The position numbers and the translations under genes were made by a program. Under the pieces are notes generated by a model, which worked only from the letters and a program-made list of their open reading frames with translations, made no database searches and was not told the origin of the DNA. Positions 20,527 to 30,904 of a DNA stretch of 48,051 nt are shown here, piece by piece. The stretch is from positions 1-48,051 of IMG/VR virus record IMGVR_UViG_3300012663_001434; one strand, written 5' to 3'. Numbering within the stretch: the stretch's first letter is position 1; every line of letters starts with the position of its first letter. The stretch comes from a virus. Lineage: Duplodnaviria > Caudoviricetes.

Positions 20527-21012
20527 ATGATTCAACTTTATAAACCGAATTCTAAAAACACTGGCTGCGCGTTTTCTTTTAACGTTGGCAGAACTGGAAA
20601 AGACAAAGAACCTTGCGTTTACATTAACGCTATTATGCAACATTCTTGGAATGAAAAAACCAAGAACGGCTCTTTTGCCGAAAACGCTAAAAATCCCGAA
20701 AAGACAATTATTGTCAAACTAAATGAATTTGAACTTGGCGGTTTTATCTACGCTATTGAAAACTATCTTGAGTATAGCGCATTCCATACTTATGAAGATA
20801 ACAAGACCACTATTTCATTCAAGCCTTATACCAAACAAAATGGCACCAAAGCTTTTTCTTTGACCGTCACCAAGAACTCTGCCGCAAAGTTCGGCATTGG
20901 AATGGAAATGGGAGAAGCTTATGCTCTAAGAGAATTTTTCAAAGGCATGCTCGCAAAAACTTTTGATTTTAGAGCAGCTAACAGTTATAATGCTGCAAAG
21001 CCTAATGAATAA
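20527..21012 (+). CDS. Hypothetical protein, possibly Whirly/PC4-like ssDNA-binding
   Basis: Duplicated beta-rich unit each ending in a helix (KLNEFELG / GMEMGEAY); fold is a guess. Confidence 0.4.
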   Translation: MIQLYKPNSKNTGCAFSFNVGRTGKDKEPCVYINAIMQHSWNEKTKNGSFAENAKNPEKTIIVKLNEFELGGFIYAIENYLEYSAFHTYEDNKTTISFKPYTKQNGTKAFSLTVTKNSAAKFGIGMEMGEAYALREFFKGMLAKTFDFRAANSYNAAKPNE

Positions 21013-22888
21013 AAAAACGATACTCATACATAGTAATTTCTGCAAAGCTTTTACTGGTTTTGGAAAACACAAGAAAAATATCCTGCGTTATCTTTTTAGC
21101 ACTGGTAAATATAATATTGTGGAATTGGCGAATGGTCGCCACTGGCAAGATCCTGAAATGGATAGAATGCCGTGGAAATGCGTGGGATCGCTTCCAGATG
21201 CCAACACTTTTATGCAAATAAAAGATCCAAACCAACAAAGAGCCGCTGGTTATGGAGCAATGGCAATCGATAGAGCAATCAAAGAATTCAAGCCCGATGT
21301 TTATATTGGTATTGAAGATATTTGGGCGTTCGATGGCTTTTATCAAAAGCCATGGTGGGATAAGATCAATACAATGATTTGGACCACCCTCGACAGTTTA
21401 CCAATCTTGCAATCAGCTATTGATGCTGCTCCAAAAATCAAAAATTATTATGTATGGGCTTCTTTTGCCGAGAAGGCAATGAATAAAATTGGATACGATC
21501 ATGTGAAGACTCTTCGCGGCAGTCTTGATGCAAATCAATTTTATAGATTCGATGATCAACAAAGGGCATCTCTAAGACAAAAATTCGGCCTATCAAATGA
21601 GTATATCATTGGTTTCGTTTTCCGTAATCAACTTAGAAAAAGCGTTCCTAATTTATTAGACGGCTTTAAACTTTTCAAACAACAAGTTCCACAAGCAAAA
21701 CTATTGCTTCACACTCATTGGTCTGAGGGCTGGGACATTCCTAGACTTATTGAAGAAAAAGGCATCAATCCAAACGATATTCTAACTACTTATTTCTGCT
21801 CAAAATGTAAACAGTATGAAATAAAACCTTTTTCTGGCCAAGAACTCAATTGCCGATTCTGCGGATCACAAAAAACAGTAAACACAACAAACATCAATCA
21901 AGGAGTTAATGAAGAACAACTTAATCAAATTTATAATCTTATGGATGTGTATTGCCACCCTTTCACTAGCGGAGGCCAAGAAATTCCAATCCAAGAAGCC
22001 AAATTGGCGGAACTTATCACACTTGTCACTGATTATTCCTGTGGCGAAGACTACTGCAATGAAGACAGCGCTGGCTTACCGCTTCAGTGGTCTGAATATC
22101 GAGAACCAGGAACTCAATTCATAAAAGCCTCTACAAGCCCTGAAAGCATCTGCGAGCAGCTTTTGAAAGTTTATGGCATGACATCGATTGAAAGAGCGTC
22201 ATGGGGCATCAGAGCGCGAAACTTCGTCGAGCAGACCTGTTCAATCGAAGCGATTGGCAGACAGCTTGAGGAAATCATTGATGCGATGCCACAAGTCGAT
22301 TATGACTTCGAAATGAAGCCAAAAGAATTCAATCCAAAATACACGCCAAACATGATGCTTCCAAATGAGGCATTTATTATTGATCTTCATAAAAACATGG
22401 TGAATGAAAATGTGGATCGCAATCACACATCAACAAAATATTGGATGGGTGAAATGGCTAAGGGTCTTACTAAGCAAGCTCTATACGAACATTTCGTAAA
22501 AATAGCTTCACAAGTTCAACAGGCTTCTATTGAATTTGAAGATGTTTTGGACAAAGATGATAAAGGTCGAAGAATTGCAGTCGTAGTTCCAGAATCGGCC
22601 ACAGATGTTTTGATGATTAATGCGTTGGTGAAAAATTTGAAAAGACAATACCCCAACCATAATATATACATCATTACTAAGCCTCAGTATTTCGAATTGA
22701 TTGAAGATAATATTTTTGTTCACAAATGCATTCCTTACTCTGAATCGATTGATAATGCCGCTATTCTTGAGGGTGTTGCCGATCATGAAGGCTATTTTGA
22801 TTTAGCATTTTTCCCGACAGTCACTACCCAAAAACACGTTACCTATATCCACAACGGAAAAGACAAAACCCAATTCACTTTACAATGA
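21005..22888 (+). CDS. GT4 glycosyltransferase with Zn-ribbon insert and C-terminal GT9 N-half
   Basis: TGFG, RNQLRK, YNLMDVY..GGQEIPIQEA; CSKC..CRFC; C-terminal TDVLM...LKRQYP. Confidence 0.8.
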   Translation: MNKKTILIHSNFCKAFTGFGKHKKNILRYLFSTGKYNIVELANGRHWQDPEMDRMPWKCVGSLPDANTFMQIKDPNQQRAAGYGAMAIDRAIKEFKPDVYIGIEDIWAFDGFYQKPWWDKINTMIWTTLDSLPILQSAIDAAPKIKNYYVWASFAEKAMNKIGYDHVKTLRGSLDANQFYRFDDQQRASLRQKFGLSNEYIIGFVFRNQLRKSVPNLLDGFKLFKQQVPQAKLLLHTHWSEGWDIPRLIEEKGINPNDILTTYFCSKCKQYEIKPFSGQELNCRFCGSQKTVNTTNINQGVNEEQLNQIYNLMDVYCHPFTSGGQEIPIQEAKLAELITLVTDYSCGEDYCNEDSAGLPLQWSEYREPGTQFIKASTSPESICEQLLKVYGMTSIERASWGIRARNFVEQTCSIEAIGRQLEEIIDAMPQVDYDFEMKPKEFNPKYTPNMMLPNEAFIIDLHKNMVNENVDRNHTSTKYWMGEMAKGLTKQALYEHFVKIASQVQQASIEFEDVLDKDDKGRRIAVVVPESATDVLMINALVKNLKRQYPNHNIYIITKPQYFELIEDNIFVHKCIPYSESIDNAAILEGVADHEGYFDLAFFPTVTTQKHVTYIHNGKDKTQFTLQ

Positions 22889-24051
22889 GCCATTTAATCG
22901 AAGAATATGCAAAAAACCTTGGAGTAAAAATCTCCAAACCGATAGTATCGAGGCACTTTTGGCCATTGGTATTTGATGAATACATTACAATTTCTTTAGA
23001 AGATCAAGCTGCTTCTAAAAATTATAAATATTATGAGATTGTAATAGATATGATTAAAAACTTTTTAAATGCAAAAGGCATCAAGGTGATTCAAGTTGGA
23101 TCTCCAAAAAGCCCGATGTTGAATAATGTGGACGCTAGAATGCTGGGATTAAACTTTAAAAATACAGCCTACATCATTTCTAAAGCAAAACTACATATTG
23201 GCGTTGATAATGTTTTTTCTCATTATGCTAGTTGTGCAAATATTCCATTGATTACTCTTTTCGGAAATGTTTACTCTAATGTTTCTCGCGGTTATTGGAG
23301 TAAGAATCAAACTAATATTGAAGCTCCTTGGAAAGTAAAGCCTAGCTTGAATTCTTTTGACATGAGTGATTCAATCAACAAAATCAATCCAGAAAAAATT
23401 GCGTCAGAAATATTAAAATCTCTCAATATCAATGGCGCAATTCCACTGAAGACGAAATTTATCGGGAACTACTATACAAACAGAGTAGTAGAAATCGTTC
23501 CAGATTTTTTCCAACCGATTGAAGATCTTAAAAATCAAACAGTATTTCTTAGATTGGATTATGGATACGACGCGAACTTCATTGGATACTGGTGCAATTT
23601 CTTGAATAGCTATGCAATTTTCTCTGAGAAATTGTTGCCGCTGGATTTCTGTCAATCATTCGCTCAAAAAATAAAAGGCATCTCATTTATTGTTTCAAAA
23701 GATTCTGCGATTTCAGAAAGCTATCTCAATGATCTTTCATCGCTGGGGATACCAATCACGCTATTAGTTGAGAACGAAGATGATCTTCCAGAAATGAGAA
23801 ATAAATTCTTTGATTATCCTGTTCAATTGTATTTCAAAACCAGCAAAAAAGACTTGCCAGAAGATTGCTCTGATTTTTCCAAATTGTATTTTAATTCGTC
23901 CAAAACTATTTTGGCCAATAACCAAAAATACCCGAGTAAATATCATTGGCAACAGCAAAAAAACTTCATTGACAAAAACTTTAATTTAGAGGATAATGAA
24001 ACCCTACTAGAAGAATTAAATCATTTTTATGTCTACGAACGAACAAAGTAA
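22885..24051 (+). CDS. GT9 (heptosyltransferase-like) C-half fused to an unknown domain
   Basis: HLIEEYA, VIQVG, AYIISKAKLHIGVDNVFSHYA..IPLITLFG. Confidence 0.75.
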   Translation: MSHLIEEYAKNLGVKISKPIVSRHFWPLVFDEYITISLEDQAASKNYKYYEIVIDMIKNFLNAKGIKVIQVGSPKSPMLNNVDARMLGLNFKNTAYIISKAKLHIGVDNVFSHYASCANIPLITLFGNVYSNVSRGYWSKNQTNIEAPWKVKPSLNSFDMSDSINKINPEKIASEILKSLNINGAIPLKTKFIGNYYTNRVVEIVPDFFQPIEDLKNQTVFLRLDYGYDANFIGYWCNFLNSYAIFSEKLLPLDFCQSFAQKIKGISFIVSKDSAISESYLNDLSSLGIPITLLVENEDDLPEMRNKFFDYPVQLYFKTSKKDLPEDCSDFSKLYFNSSKTILANNQKYPSKYHWQQQKNFIDKNFNLEDNETLLEELNHFYVYERTK

Positions 24052-24856
24052 CGAAGCATCGGTTGTGTCTCTGCACAATCCAATGGATAAATACGACAGA
24101 AACTCATACGGATTAATCACATCCACAGATTACGTTTTCAACGAAGATGGCTCTGTCAATTGGCGAGCTATGATCAAGCCAGAATTCCTTTATCCAAATA
24201 AGGACTGGTTTGATATTCGCAAGAAGCCTGTGCCAGAATCAACTGAAGGCTTGGATGACAAGCAACTATTGATCATGCTTGCGGGAATCAAAGAACTGGC
24301 AAAGTTGCGCGGCTTTAGAAAGGTTTCCTATAACGTATCGCATGTTGGCGCAAATTATGTTTTTGCTACATGCAAGATCCAATGGATCGGTAATTACGAA
24401 ACCAATTACGACCTTGTTGAATTTGAAGATGTCGCGAATGCTACTGCTGATAATACAGACGACTTTTGCCTCAAGTTCTTGGAAACTATCGCTTGCAACA
24501 GAGCATTCGTCCGTTGCGTAAGAAACTTTTTAAATATTCATATTGTGGGAGCCGACGAAATCGATAAATCAAAAAATAGAGTGGCAGATATTGGAGATCT
24601 CATTGTCTCTAATGCTCTACCAATTAGTGCGCAGGGAACTCTTGAGAAGGCAGTTAATGAGAAGCTGAAGCTTCAGTCTTTCGAAGAGTTCAAGACATTC
24701 TTGAGAACCCTCTGGAAGAAGGCTAACGAAGAACAAGACAAGCCTATTCTTGAGCTTTTGGAAGAAGCTAAAAATTGGAAAGAGTTCAAGGACATTTCTG
24801 CAAAGACCGCTCGCGTTTTGCTTAAAATAATCAATGAGCATCAAAAGAATAACTAA
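24029..24856 (+). CDS. Hypothetical protein, possibly Rad52/RecT-superfamily ssDNA annealing protein
   Basis: Beta strands followed by the helix ETIACNRAFVRCVRNFLNI, resembling annealase cores. Confidence 0.45.
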   Translation: MSTNEQSNEASVVSLHNPMDKYDRNSYGLITSTDYVFNEDGSVNWRAMIKPEFLYPNKDWFDIRKKPVPESTEGLDDKQLLIMLAGIKELAKLRGFRKVSYNVSHVGANYVFATCKIQWIGNYETNYDLVEFEDVANATADNTDDFCLKFLETIACNRAFVRCVRNFLNIHIVGADEIDKSKNRVADIGDLIVSNALPISAQGTLEKAVNEKLKLQSFEEFKTFLRTLWKKANEEQDKPILELLEEAKNWKEFKDISAKTARVLLKIINEHQKNN

Positions 24857-25292
24857 TCCAGCAGAATTTAATAGGCTGATTGATGGTTTAGATCGTCTTT
24901 TTGAATACGAAAATCAAAATCAGGGGCATCAATTATTGCGGCACAACGCCGAAACAATAAAGGCGTCATTCAGCCATCCTTCTGTATTAGCTTGGGACTT
25001 GTTTGTTTGGGCTAATGAGGAGGATGGTGAGTTTGATTCTTGCATCATGTTTTTTAATGATAAGAATGCAAAGTTTGGAGAGTTGATATTTTCAGAATAT
25101 CTTTGGTTGTCTAAAAATCCAAAAATAGGATATTCATTATTCAGGACTGCGGTTAAATTCGCAAAACAGAATAACTTTAAATACATCAGTATGTCCACTG
25201 TCACTTCTCATCCAAAGCATGAAAAAGTAAAATCTTTTTACCAGAAAATCGGTCTATTAGAAGATACAATCACATACGTAGGAAAATTATGA
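24834..25292 (+). CDS. GNAT-fold acetyltransferase-like protein
   Basis: GYSLFRTAVKFAK and SFYQKIG motifs. Confidence 0.6.
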   Translation: MSIKRITNPAEFNRLIDGLDRLFEYENQNQGHQLLRHNAETIKASFSHPSVLAWDLFVWANEEDGEFDSCIMFFNDKNAKFGELIFSEYLWLSKNPKIGYSLFRTAVKFAKQNNFKYISMSTVTSHPKHEKVKSFYQKIGLLEDTITYVGKL

Positions 25293-25450
25293 ATAACAAA
25301 ACAGCAAAAAAAATTAGAAGAATTCTTCCGCCGACAGACGCGATCAGTCGCCGCAATTACCGAAGAGCAAAAAAGGTTTACACAAGGCTTTCGAAAGACG
25401 CAAAGCCTGTGTTCTTGGAGCATCTTTCTAAATTGATGCAATCAGATTGA
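25289..25450 (+). CDS. Small basic protein (53 aa, MNNKTAKKIRRILPP...)
   Basis: ATGA overlap with the upstream stop; below the ORF-track size cutoff. Confidence 0.55.
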   Translation: MNNKTAKKIRRILPPTDAISRRNYRRAKKVYTRLSKDAKPVFLEHLSKLMQSD

Positions 25451-26572
25451 GGTCTTGTATAGTTTGTAGAGTCCAGTAGGATCTACTCCTGCTACTTTTA
25501 AAACATAAGAAAGTCCAGATTGGTCAACTGAGTAAGTCAGTTGGCCAATGTTATTTATATCGGTTTGTATCAAAGTGTTTCCAGTTTGATTGAAAACTAA
25601 TTTTAATTCGGACGAGGTAAAATTATCATCTATTTGAATTTCAGAAACATAAGTTAATGTATGATATAAACCACTTTCAATAAAGTCGATTGGGTAAGCG
25701 CTAGAACCAATAATCTCTCCAGTTTTATAAGATAAATTCATTGATTCTTCGCCATCAAACAATTCAAATTGATTGCTAGATACAATAATATCATTGATTA
25801 TTTCGGTTTCTTTAGAGAAGATTTTTGGTCCAAAAGAAATAATATCGCCAGATCCTAATGAAGAATATGGAACCACTTTGAAATAGTATGGAACATTGTA
25901 ATCTAATCCAAAAGGTTTGATCCTAAGAGTGAAAAGATTTTCAATGTTTTGTATATTTTGAGAGTATACAAAATCTGGATTATTTTTTGGTGGAATAGAT
26001 GGATCTTCGTAAAGAATAATATCATTTCCTGTGGAGGCATAAATATCATATCTTTCAAAGTTTATATATTTTGAATCGTTATTGTATTTTAAATTAACGA
26101 TTATTTCATCAAATACTTGAACTTCTGGAGATATATCCGAACCAGAAGGCTCGTTGCCATCTGATACATATATTGGAAAGCCTACAGATGGAACATTTCC
26201 ATAAACATAAAATTCTCCAGTTGATATTTTATTATCTAGATAATTAGACATTCGGACTCTAACTCCAAAATCTTTTGTATATCTACCAAAAATACTACGA
26301 TTTGCTGATTCAGAAATATAGATTGATCTACTAGTTCCTCCAGAAAGATAGTTTGGAAATACAACGTTTCCATTGCTATCTAAAATATCAAAAGCCAAAC
26401 TATTAATTAATGGATTTTCAATCAATTGCTGATCATTTTCAATGATATTTAACTGATGATCCATTAAAGAAAAAGAAAAAGAAACATCTTTATTAAGATG
26501 CACCCCACTTCCAGAGAACACTTTGCTGAAATCGCCAGTGTCTACATTAAACGATGTGTCAAATTCATACAT
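25442..26572 (-). CDS. Tail-associated structural protein
   Basis: Downstream of J; FN3-like YYFKVVPY motif. Confidence 0.55.
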   Translation of the reverse strand: MYEFDTSFNVDTGDFSKVFSGSGVHLNKDVSFSFSLMDHQLNIIENDQQLIENPLINSLAFDILDSNGNVVFPNYLSGGTSRSIYISESANRSIFGRYTKDFGVRVRMSNYLDNKISTGEFYVYGNVPSVGFPIYVSDGNEPSGSDISPEVQVFDEIIVNLKYNNDSKYINFERYDIYASTGNDIILYEDPSIPPKNNPDFVYSQNIQNIENLFTLRIKPFGLDYNVPYYFKVVPYSSLGSGDIISFGPKIFSKETEIINDIIVSSNQFELFDGEESMNLSYKTGEIIGSSAYPIDFIESGLYHTLTYVSEIQIDDNFTSSELKLVFNQTGNTLIQTDINNIGQLTYSVDQSGLSYVLKVAGVDPTGLYKLYKTSI

Positions 26573-26575
26573 AAA

Positions 26576-28120
26576 TTAAGTGATAGAAAAATTAGTAATT
26601 GTCGGTTGCTCTATTGATATTAATGTTCCTGTGTATGCAACAAAAACTCCAGTTTCTTTGGCAATTGAATTTAAATAATTACGATTATTTCCCAAACTTG
26701 TTAGTTTTAATTTCCATTGACCTAAAGAACGAAGACCAGTTAATAAATAACTTGTTGCATATTGGTCGGCATTGTATTCGTAGTATTCATTGTAAATAGA
26801 ATTGTAAATTTCGACCTTTGTTCCTGTTCTATTGGAATCGCCACTCCATGAGGCACTTAGAGAAAATCCGCTCGTATTTAAATCTACGCCAGAAAAAGTA
26901 ATTCCACTTGGCACAGGCAACTCTGTGATTTGCACATTATTGATTGTTATAGGCGCGGTAGAATAAGTCGCTGGTAAGAAATCTTCTGCAATAAAGTTTT
27001 CGATTTCTGCAAATTTACCAGTATTATATTTGCTTGCAACAACAGAATATTCGTTCTGATTCTGCTCTCTGATTGAAACAATTTTATAGATTTGATCGCT
27101 TGCATTTTTTCTTTCTAATCTGTATGGACTTCCAAGAGCAATTTTTGATATAAGATTTGCGTTAATATCTTCATCACTGATATATACTTTTGATCCAAAA
27201 CCTATATTATTATTATGGTCAGATAAAGCAAATCGTGTAATTTGAGGATGATTAGCGTTTTCTACTTCTGATAACAAAGGCCCACTGTAACCTTCATTTT
27301 GATAAAATTTAAACAATGAAGATATGTCTCCAGAAGTAGATCCTCTTCTATTTCCGACTCCTGTGTAAGTGAATCCTGTTTTTTGATAGGTGGCTGTTTC
27401 AACTGAAATATCAAAAATATCTGATAATCCTGTATTTGTTATGATTTTATCATATAAGGTATTATCTTGAAATGCTCTACCAGTTGATAAAACAAACCCT
27501 GTATATCCCGTATTATAATAACAATAAAGATTTTGATTATGAGATGTGCTTTTACCAGTATATAACGGATACTGAATGCCTGATGGATATAGACTGCCAG
27601 TTATTTTTTCACTATATCCAGAGAAATAATAGCGACCAGTTAATGAATTAATTCCTAGCAAACTGCCAGTTACATCAAAATAATCAACTCTATTTCTTTC
27701 TATATACGCCAAAGAATTTAATTCATCATTGCTAGAATAACCAGTTGGAGTATAAACAGTAATAGTATTATTCATATCTCCGCTTATAAAAGCATTGTCA
27801 ATAGTTAAAGATTTTTCTGCAACATTTATATCAAGAACTCTTCCATAATTTGTGGCTCTGGTTTTTAATTCATCTTCTAAAATGATTAAATCTCCAGGTC
27901 GGCATAATAAGGATTCTAAACCAGCTAAGAATTCAACTCCTTGATTTTCTTTGATTGTTTGATAAATAATATGTTGGCCGATTCTTCTTGCCATAGCTCT
28001 AGAAGTAACACCTAAAGTATTGATTGTCGTTTTGAAAATGCCTCTTTTTCTAATATCTGGCTCATCTTGGATGTATTCGATTTTGCTTTGGTAGTTGTCA
28101 AACCTGTCCAAATATGCCAC
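26576..28120 (-). CDS. Tail tip / host-specificity protein J, C-terminal portion
   Basis: GVTSRAMARRIG, RPGDLI, YKIVSIRE..YSVVA..Y; continues the upstream J ORF across a frameshift. Confidence 0.8.
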   Translation of the reverse strand: MAYLDRFDNYQSKIEYIQDEPDIRKRGIFKTTINTLGVTSRAMARRIGQHIIYQTIKENQGVEFLAGLESLLCRPGDLIILEDELKTRATNYGRVLDINVAEKSLTIDNAFISGDMNNTITVYTPTGYSSNDELNSLAYIERNRVDYFDVTGSLLGINSLTGRYYFSGYSEKITGSLYPSGIQYPLYTGKSTSHNQNLYCYYNTGYTGFVLSTGRAFQDNTLYDKIITNTGLSDIFDISVETATYQKTGFTYTGVGNRRGSTSGDISSLFKFYQNEGYSGPLLSEVENANHPQITRFALSDHNNNIGFGSKVYISDEDINANLISKIALGSPYRLERKNASDQIYKIVSIREQNQNEYSVVASKYNTGKFAEIENFIAEDFLPATYSTAPITINNVQITELPVPSGITFSGVDLNTSGFSLSASWSGDSNRTGTKVEIYNSIYNEYYEYNADQYATSYLLTGLRSLGQWKLKLTSLGNNRNYLNSIAKETGVFVAYTGTLISIEQPTITNFSIT

Positions 28121-28223
28121 TTCTACAGTATTAAATTGCTGATCTCTTCTTGATGCTTTGGTAGTTATCGAATCTGTCTAAATATGCCACTTCTACGGTA
28201 TTGAATTGCTGATCTCTTCTTGA
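28084..28223 (-). repeat. 70-bp tandem duplication that frameshifts J
   Basis: 28084-28153 and 28154-28223 differ at 6 synonymous positions. Confidence 0.95.
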
Positions 28224-30902
28224 GTTTGTATAATTGAATACTCCGTCCTTTACATTAGAGTTTGTAAAAATAGCAATAGGCGTTCTTGGTCTATCGTCTA
28301 AGAAATGGATTTCTGAATTACTGAAGAACACAATTCCTCTAAATAAACTAGCAATGATATTAATAGCATCAAATATTTTAGTTTGTTCTCTAAATACGAT
28401 ATTGCATGAATACCTTGGCTCTAACCCTCCAACACCATCTGAAACTCCAATGAAGAATCCATTATCATCAACTGCATCACAAAAGCGAGCGATTTTATAT
28501 AGTTCCCATTTATTTATTTGGGAGTCGTCAATATAAGACCCAAGACCATATCTTTTGCTTGTTAATAGATCATATATGATCCAAGCTGGATTATCAGTCC
28601 ACCCTTCTTTGAATTGGCCATCCCAATCTCCAGCATAAATTTGGTTATTTGAATTATAATCAGAAGCTTTTGATATATATCTTTTATCTGATCCATCAGG
28701 ATTTAATGGAGTATAATTATTAGGTATTTGGATTTTTTTCAATCTACAATCATAGCTTCTTTCTGGCACGGAACTGAAAGATCTAGCATCTAATTTAATA
28801 CCCAGCAATGATGAAAAAGGATAAGATAAATTGCTTTCAACAATTTCTGTAACTTTATTAAGATAGATTTCTTTATTTATTAAGATAGAATTTGTTTCTG
28901 CTGATAATTTAGTTATTTTTACGTATCTTTTTGTCGATGTTGGATCTTCTCCATCTTGCAAAGGAGGTAGTTTGAAAACAATATCATTTTCAATTGCCTT
29001 TAGAGAGTTATCAGATGAATTAAATTCTTTTACTGCATCTTTTAAATTAGAAGATATTTTAGATTCTGGAGCGCCTAAATCTATTAACATTTGACCCTCA
29101 ATTAAAGCTAAAATAGAAAAAATCTTAATGGTTTTATTTACATCGTCGATTTGCCCATTATTTATTTTTCCATATTCAATTTTAAAATTAACTATTGAAG
29201 GTATTTTTGAACCAGCTCTAACAACTACGCTTGAATCAGGCAATATAGAAGATCCTAATGCAGCAGTTTTATCAATTTCTACAGTATCACTTAATGAAGA
29301 AATGGCCAATGTAACATAAAAAGAATTTACATTTGAGTTTTCAATAGTATGAGTTATGGACATCGCTTCTTCATCAAAAGAATTTATAGAGTTCCAATCT
29401 GAGTAATTTTCATCTCCATTAGGCCCGCTTTTACCGCCCGCAAGATACCTTGTATCACTAGATCCTTCTTGCCCATCAATAGCTGTAGATAATGATATTG
29501 ATAAATTTGCTTCGCTAGTGTTCTTAGCTTTAAGATCTATTAATCTTTGAATATTCAATCCTTTTTTAAATGGTCCTAGTAATTTAGAGTTATAATCATA
29601 ATCAATAAAAATATTTTTAAAATGCTCCAAAGGAACTTGATCCTCTGACCCATCTTTAAATTCACAGGAAACATTCAAGAAATTGTATTTATTAGCTTTT
29701 GAGAAATTTTTTGATTCAGGCTCCTTATAAAGAGTCAATGGTATTTCTTCATTAGTAAAAGGAATTGTATTATCAATGTTGATTTTATAAAAATATTGAT
29801 AAGTAGGAGCGGCTATTTCGACATAAGAAGGATAATTATTCAACTTAAATATAACACAACCAAATAATTGCGTATTATATTTTGAGTCAGTTATTGATGG
29901 AACTATAATTTTTGTTATATTTGAGGATGGAAAAGACTTTTCAAAATTATTCAAATAAAAAGAAACATCGAATAATTTATTTGGATTGCTTTCATCTGTT
30001 GAGTCTATTGCTAAAGAATTGTTACTGTCATCCCATTTGCCGATTTGTTTGGATGAACTTGATCCAATTTTAACAACGAAAAAAATGTCATTCTTAGATT
30101 TCCAATCAAATGAATTGTTTTTAGGATCAAAATATTGCTTTTTAAAATTGTCTAATTTTATTTGAGCTTTTGTGATCGATTCTTGTTGAGGAACATTAAT
30201 AGAAGAATTTCTTCTTTCATTATCCATAGCCGTTTCAAGCCCATTCAATATTGTTCCAGAGGCAAATAGAGAGTCTTTTCTATAATGAATTTCAAGATCT
30301 TTAGCGCCGAGCGTTTGAAAATATTGAAGCGATGTTGATTGACTTGGATTTCCAATCCACATCCATCCATTTCCAGACTTTCCAATTGTTGAATTTGTCA
30401 AAGGAGAGTAGATTGTATTCATGCTAGGGGAGTAGTTGTAAGCATCAACAAGCCTAGCCATTAATAAATTTGTTTGAGCAGATCGATAATTTAGTCCTGG
30501 AGAAATAGTGCCAGCCATAGGTGGAAATTGATATGTTTTATATGATTCTGAATTATTATCATAAAACGTATCTCCAAATTTATTTAATCCACTTTGTATA
30601 TCAATGTGAAATATTTTATTTTGGTTCGAATACTCTTCAAACCTTGAATTTGTGACTTGGACTGGAGTATTATCTAAATAAACACCTTGTAAAATACTAT
30701 TGCCATCCTCTAAGACTTGTCCATTCTGATTGACCAATCCTTCAATTGGACCATCGGAAATTAAATCTATCATTTCAACTACGCTGTAGGAATTTAAAAT
30801 CTGGAAATTACCAATTTCAGGTGGGCGTAAAACTGCTGGCTGTGGCTTTGGTTTACTTTTGCCGCCTCCTTGTAAGATTTTTTTATTGAATAAGTGTTTC
30901 AT
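28131..30902 (-). CDS. Tail tip / host-specificity protein J, N-terminal portion
   Basis: DLISDGPIEGL, VYLDNTPV, YP.S, WDGQFK..WTDNPAWIIYDLL..RYGLG, EPRYSCN. Confidence 0.88.
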   Translation of the reverse strand: MKHLFNKKILQGGGKSKPKPQPAVLRPPEIGNFQILNSYSVVEMIDLISDGPIEGLVNQNGQVLEDGNSILQGVYLDNTPVQVTNSRFEEYSNQNKIFHIDIQSGLNKFGDTFYDNNSESYKTYQFPPMAGTISPGLNYRSAQTNLLMARLVDAYNYSPSMNTIYSPLTNSTIGKSGNGWMWIGNPSQSTSLQYFQTLGAKDLEIHYRKDSLFASGTILNGLETAMDNERRNSSINVPQQESITKAQIKLDNFKKQYFDPKNNSFDWKSKNDIFFVVKIGSSSSKQIGKWDDSNNSLAIDSTDESNPNKLFDVSFYLNNFEKSFPSSNITKIIVPSITDSKYNTQLFGCVIFKLNNYPSYVEIAAPTYQYFYKINIDNTIPFTNEEIPLTLYKEPESKNFSKANKYNFLNVSCEFKDGSEDQVPLEHFKNIFIDYDYNSKLLGPFKKGLNIQRLIDLKAKNTSEANLSISLSTAIDGQEGSSDTRYLAGGKSGPNGDENYSDWNSINSFDEEAMSITHTIENSNVNSFYVTLAISSLSDTVEIDKTAALGSSILPDSSVVVRAGSKIPSIVNFKIEYGKINNGQIDDVNKTIKIFSILALIEGQMLIDLGAPESKISSNLKDAVKEFNSSDNSLKAIENDIVFKLPPLQDGEDPTSTKRYVKITKLSAETNSILINKEIYLNKVTEIVESNLSYPFSSLLGIKLDARSFSSVPERSYDCRLKKIQIPNNYTPLNPDGSDKRYISKASDYNSNNQIYAGDWDGQFKEGWTDNPAWIIYDLLTSKRYGLGSYIDDSQINKWELYKIARFCDAVDDNGFFIGVSDGVGGLEPRYSCNIVFREQTKIFDAINIIASLFRGIVFFSNSEIHFLDDRPRTPIAIFTNSNVKDGVFNYTNSRRDQQFNTVEVAYLDRFDNYQSIKKRSAI

Positions 30903-30904
30903 TA

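Noticed and set aside
28084-28223. DGR TR/VR pair
   Set aside because: Differences are synonymous, not adenine-specific, and the copies are directly tandem mid-gene
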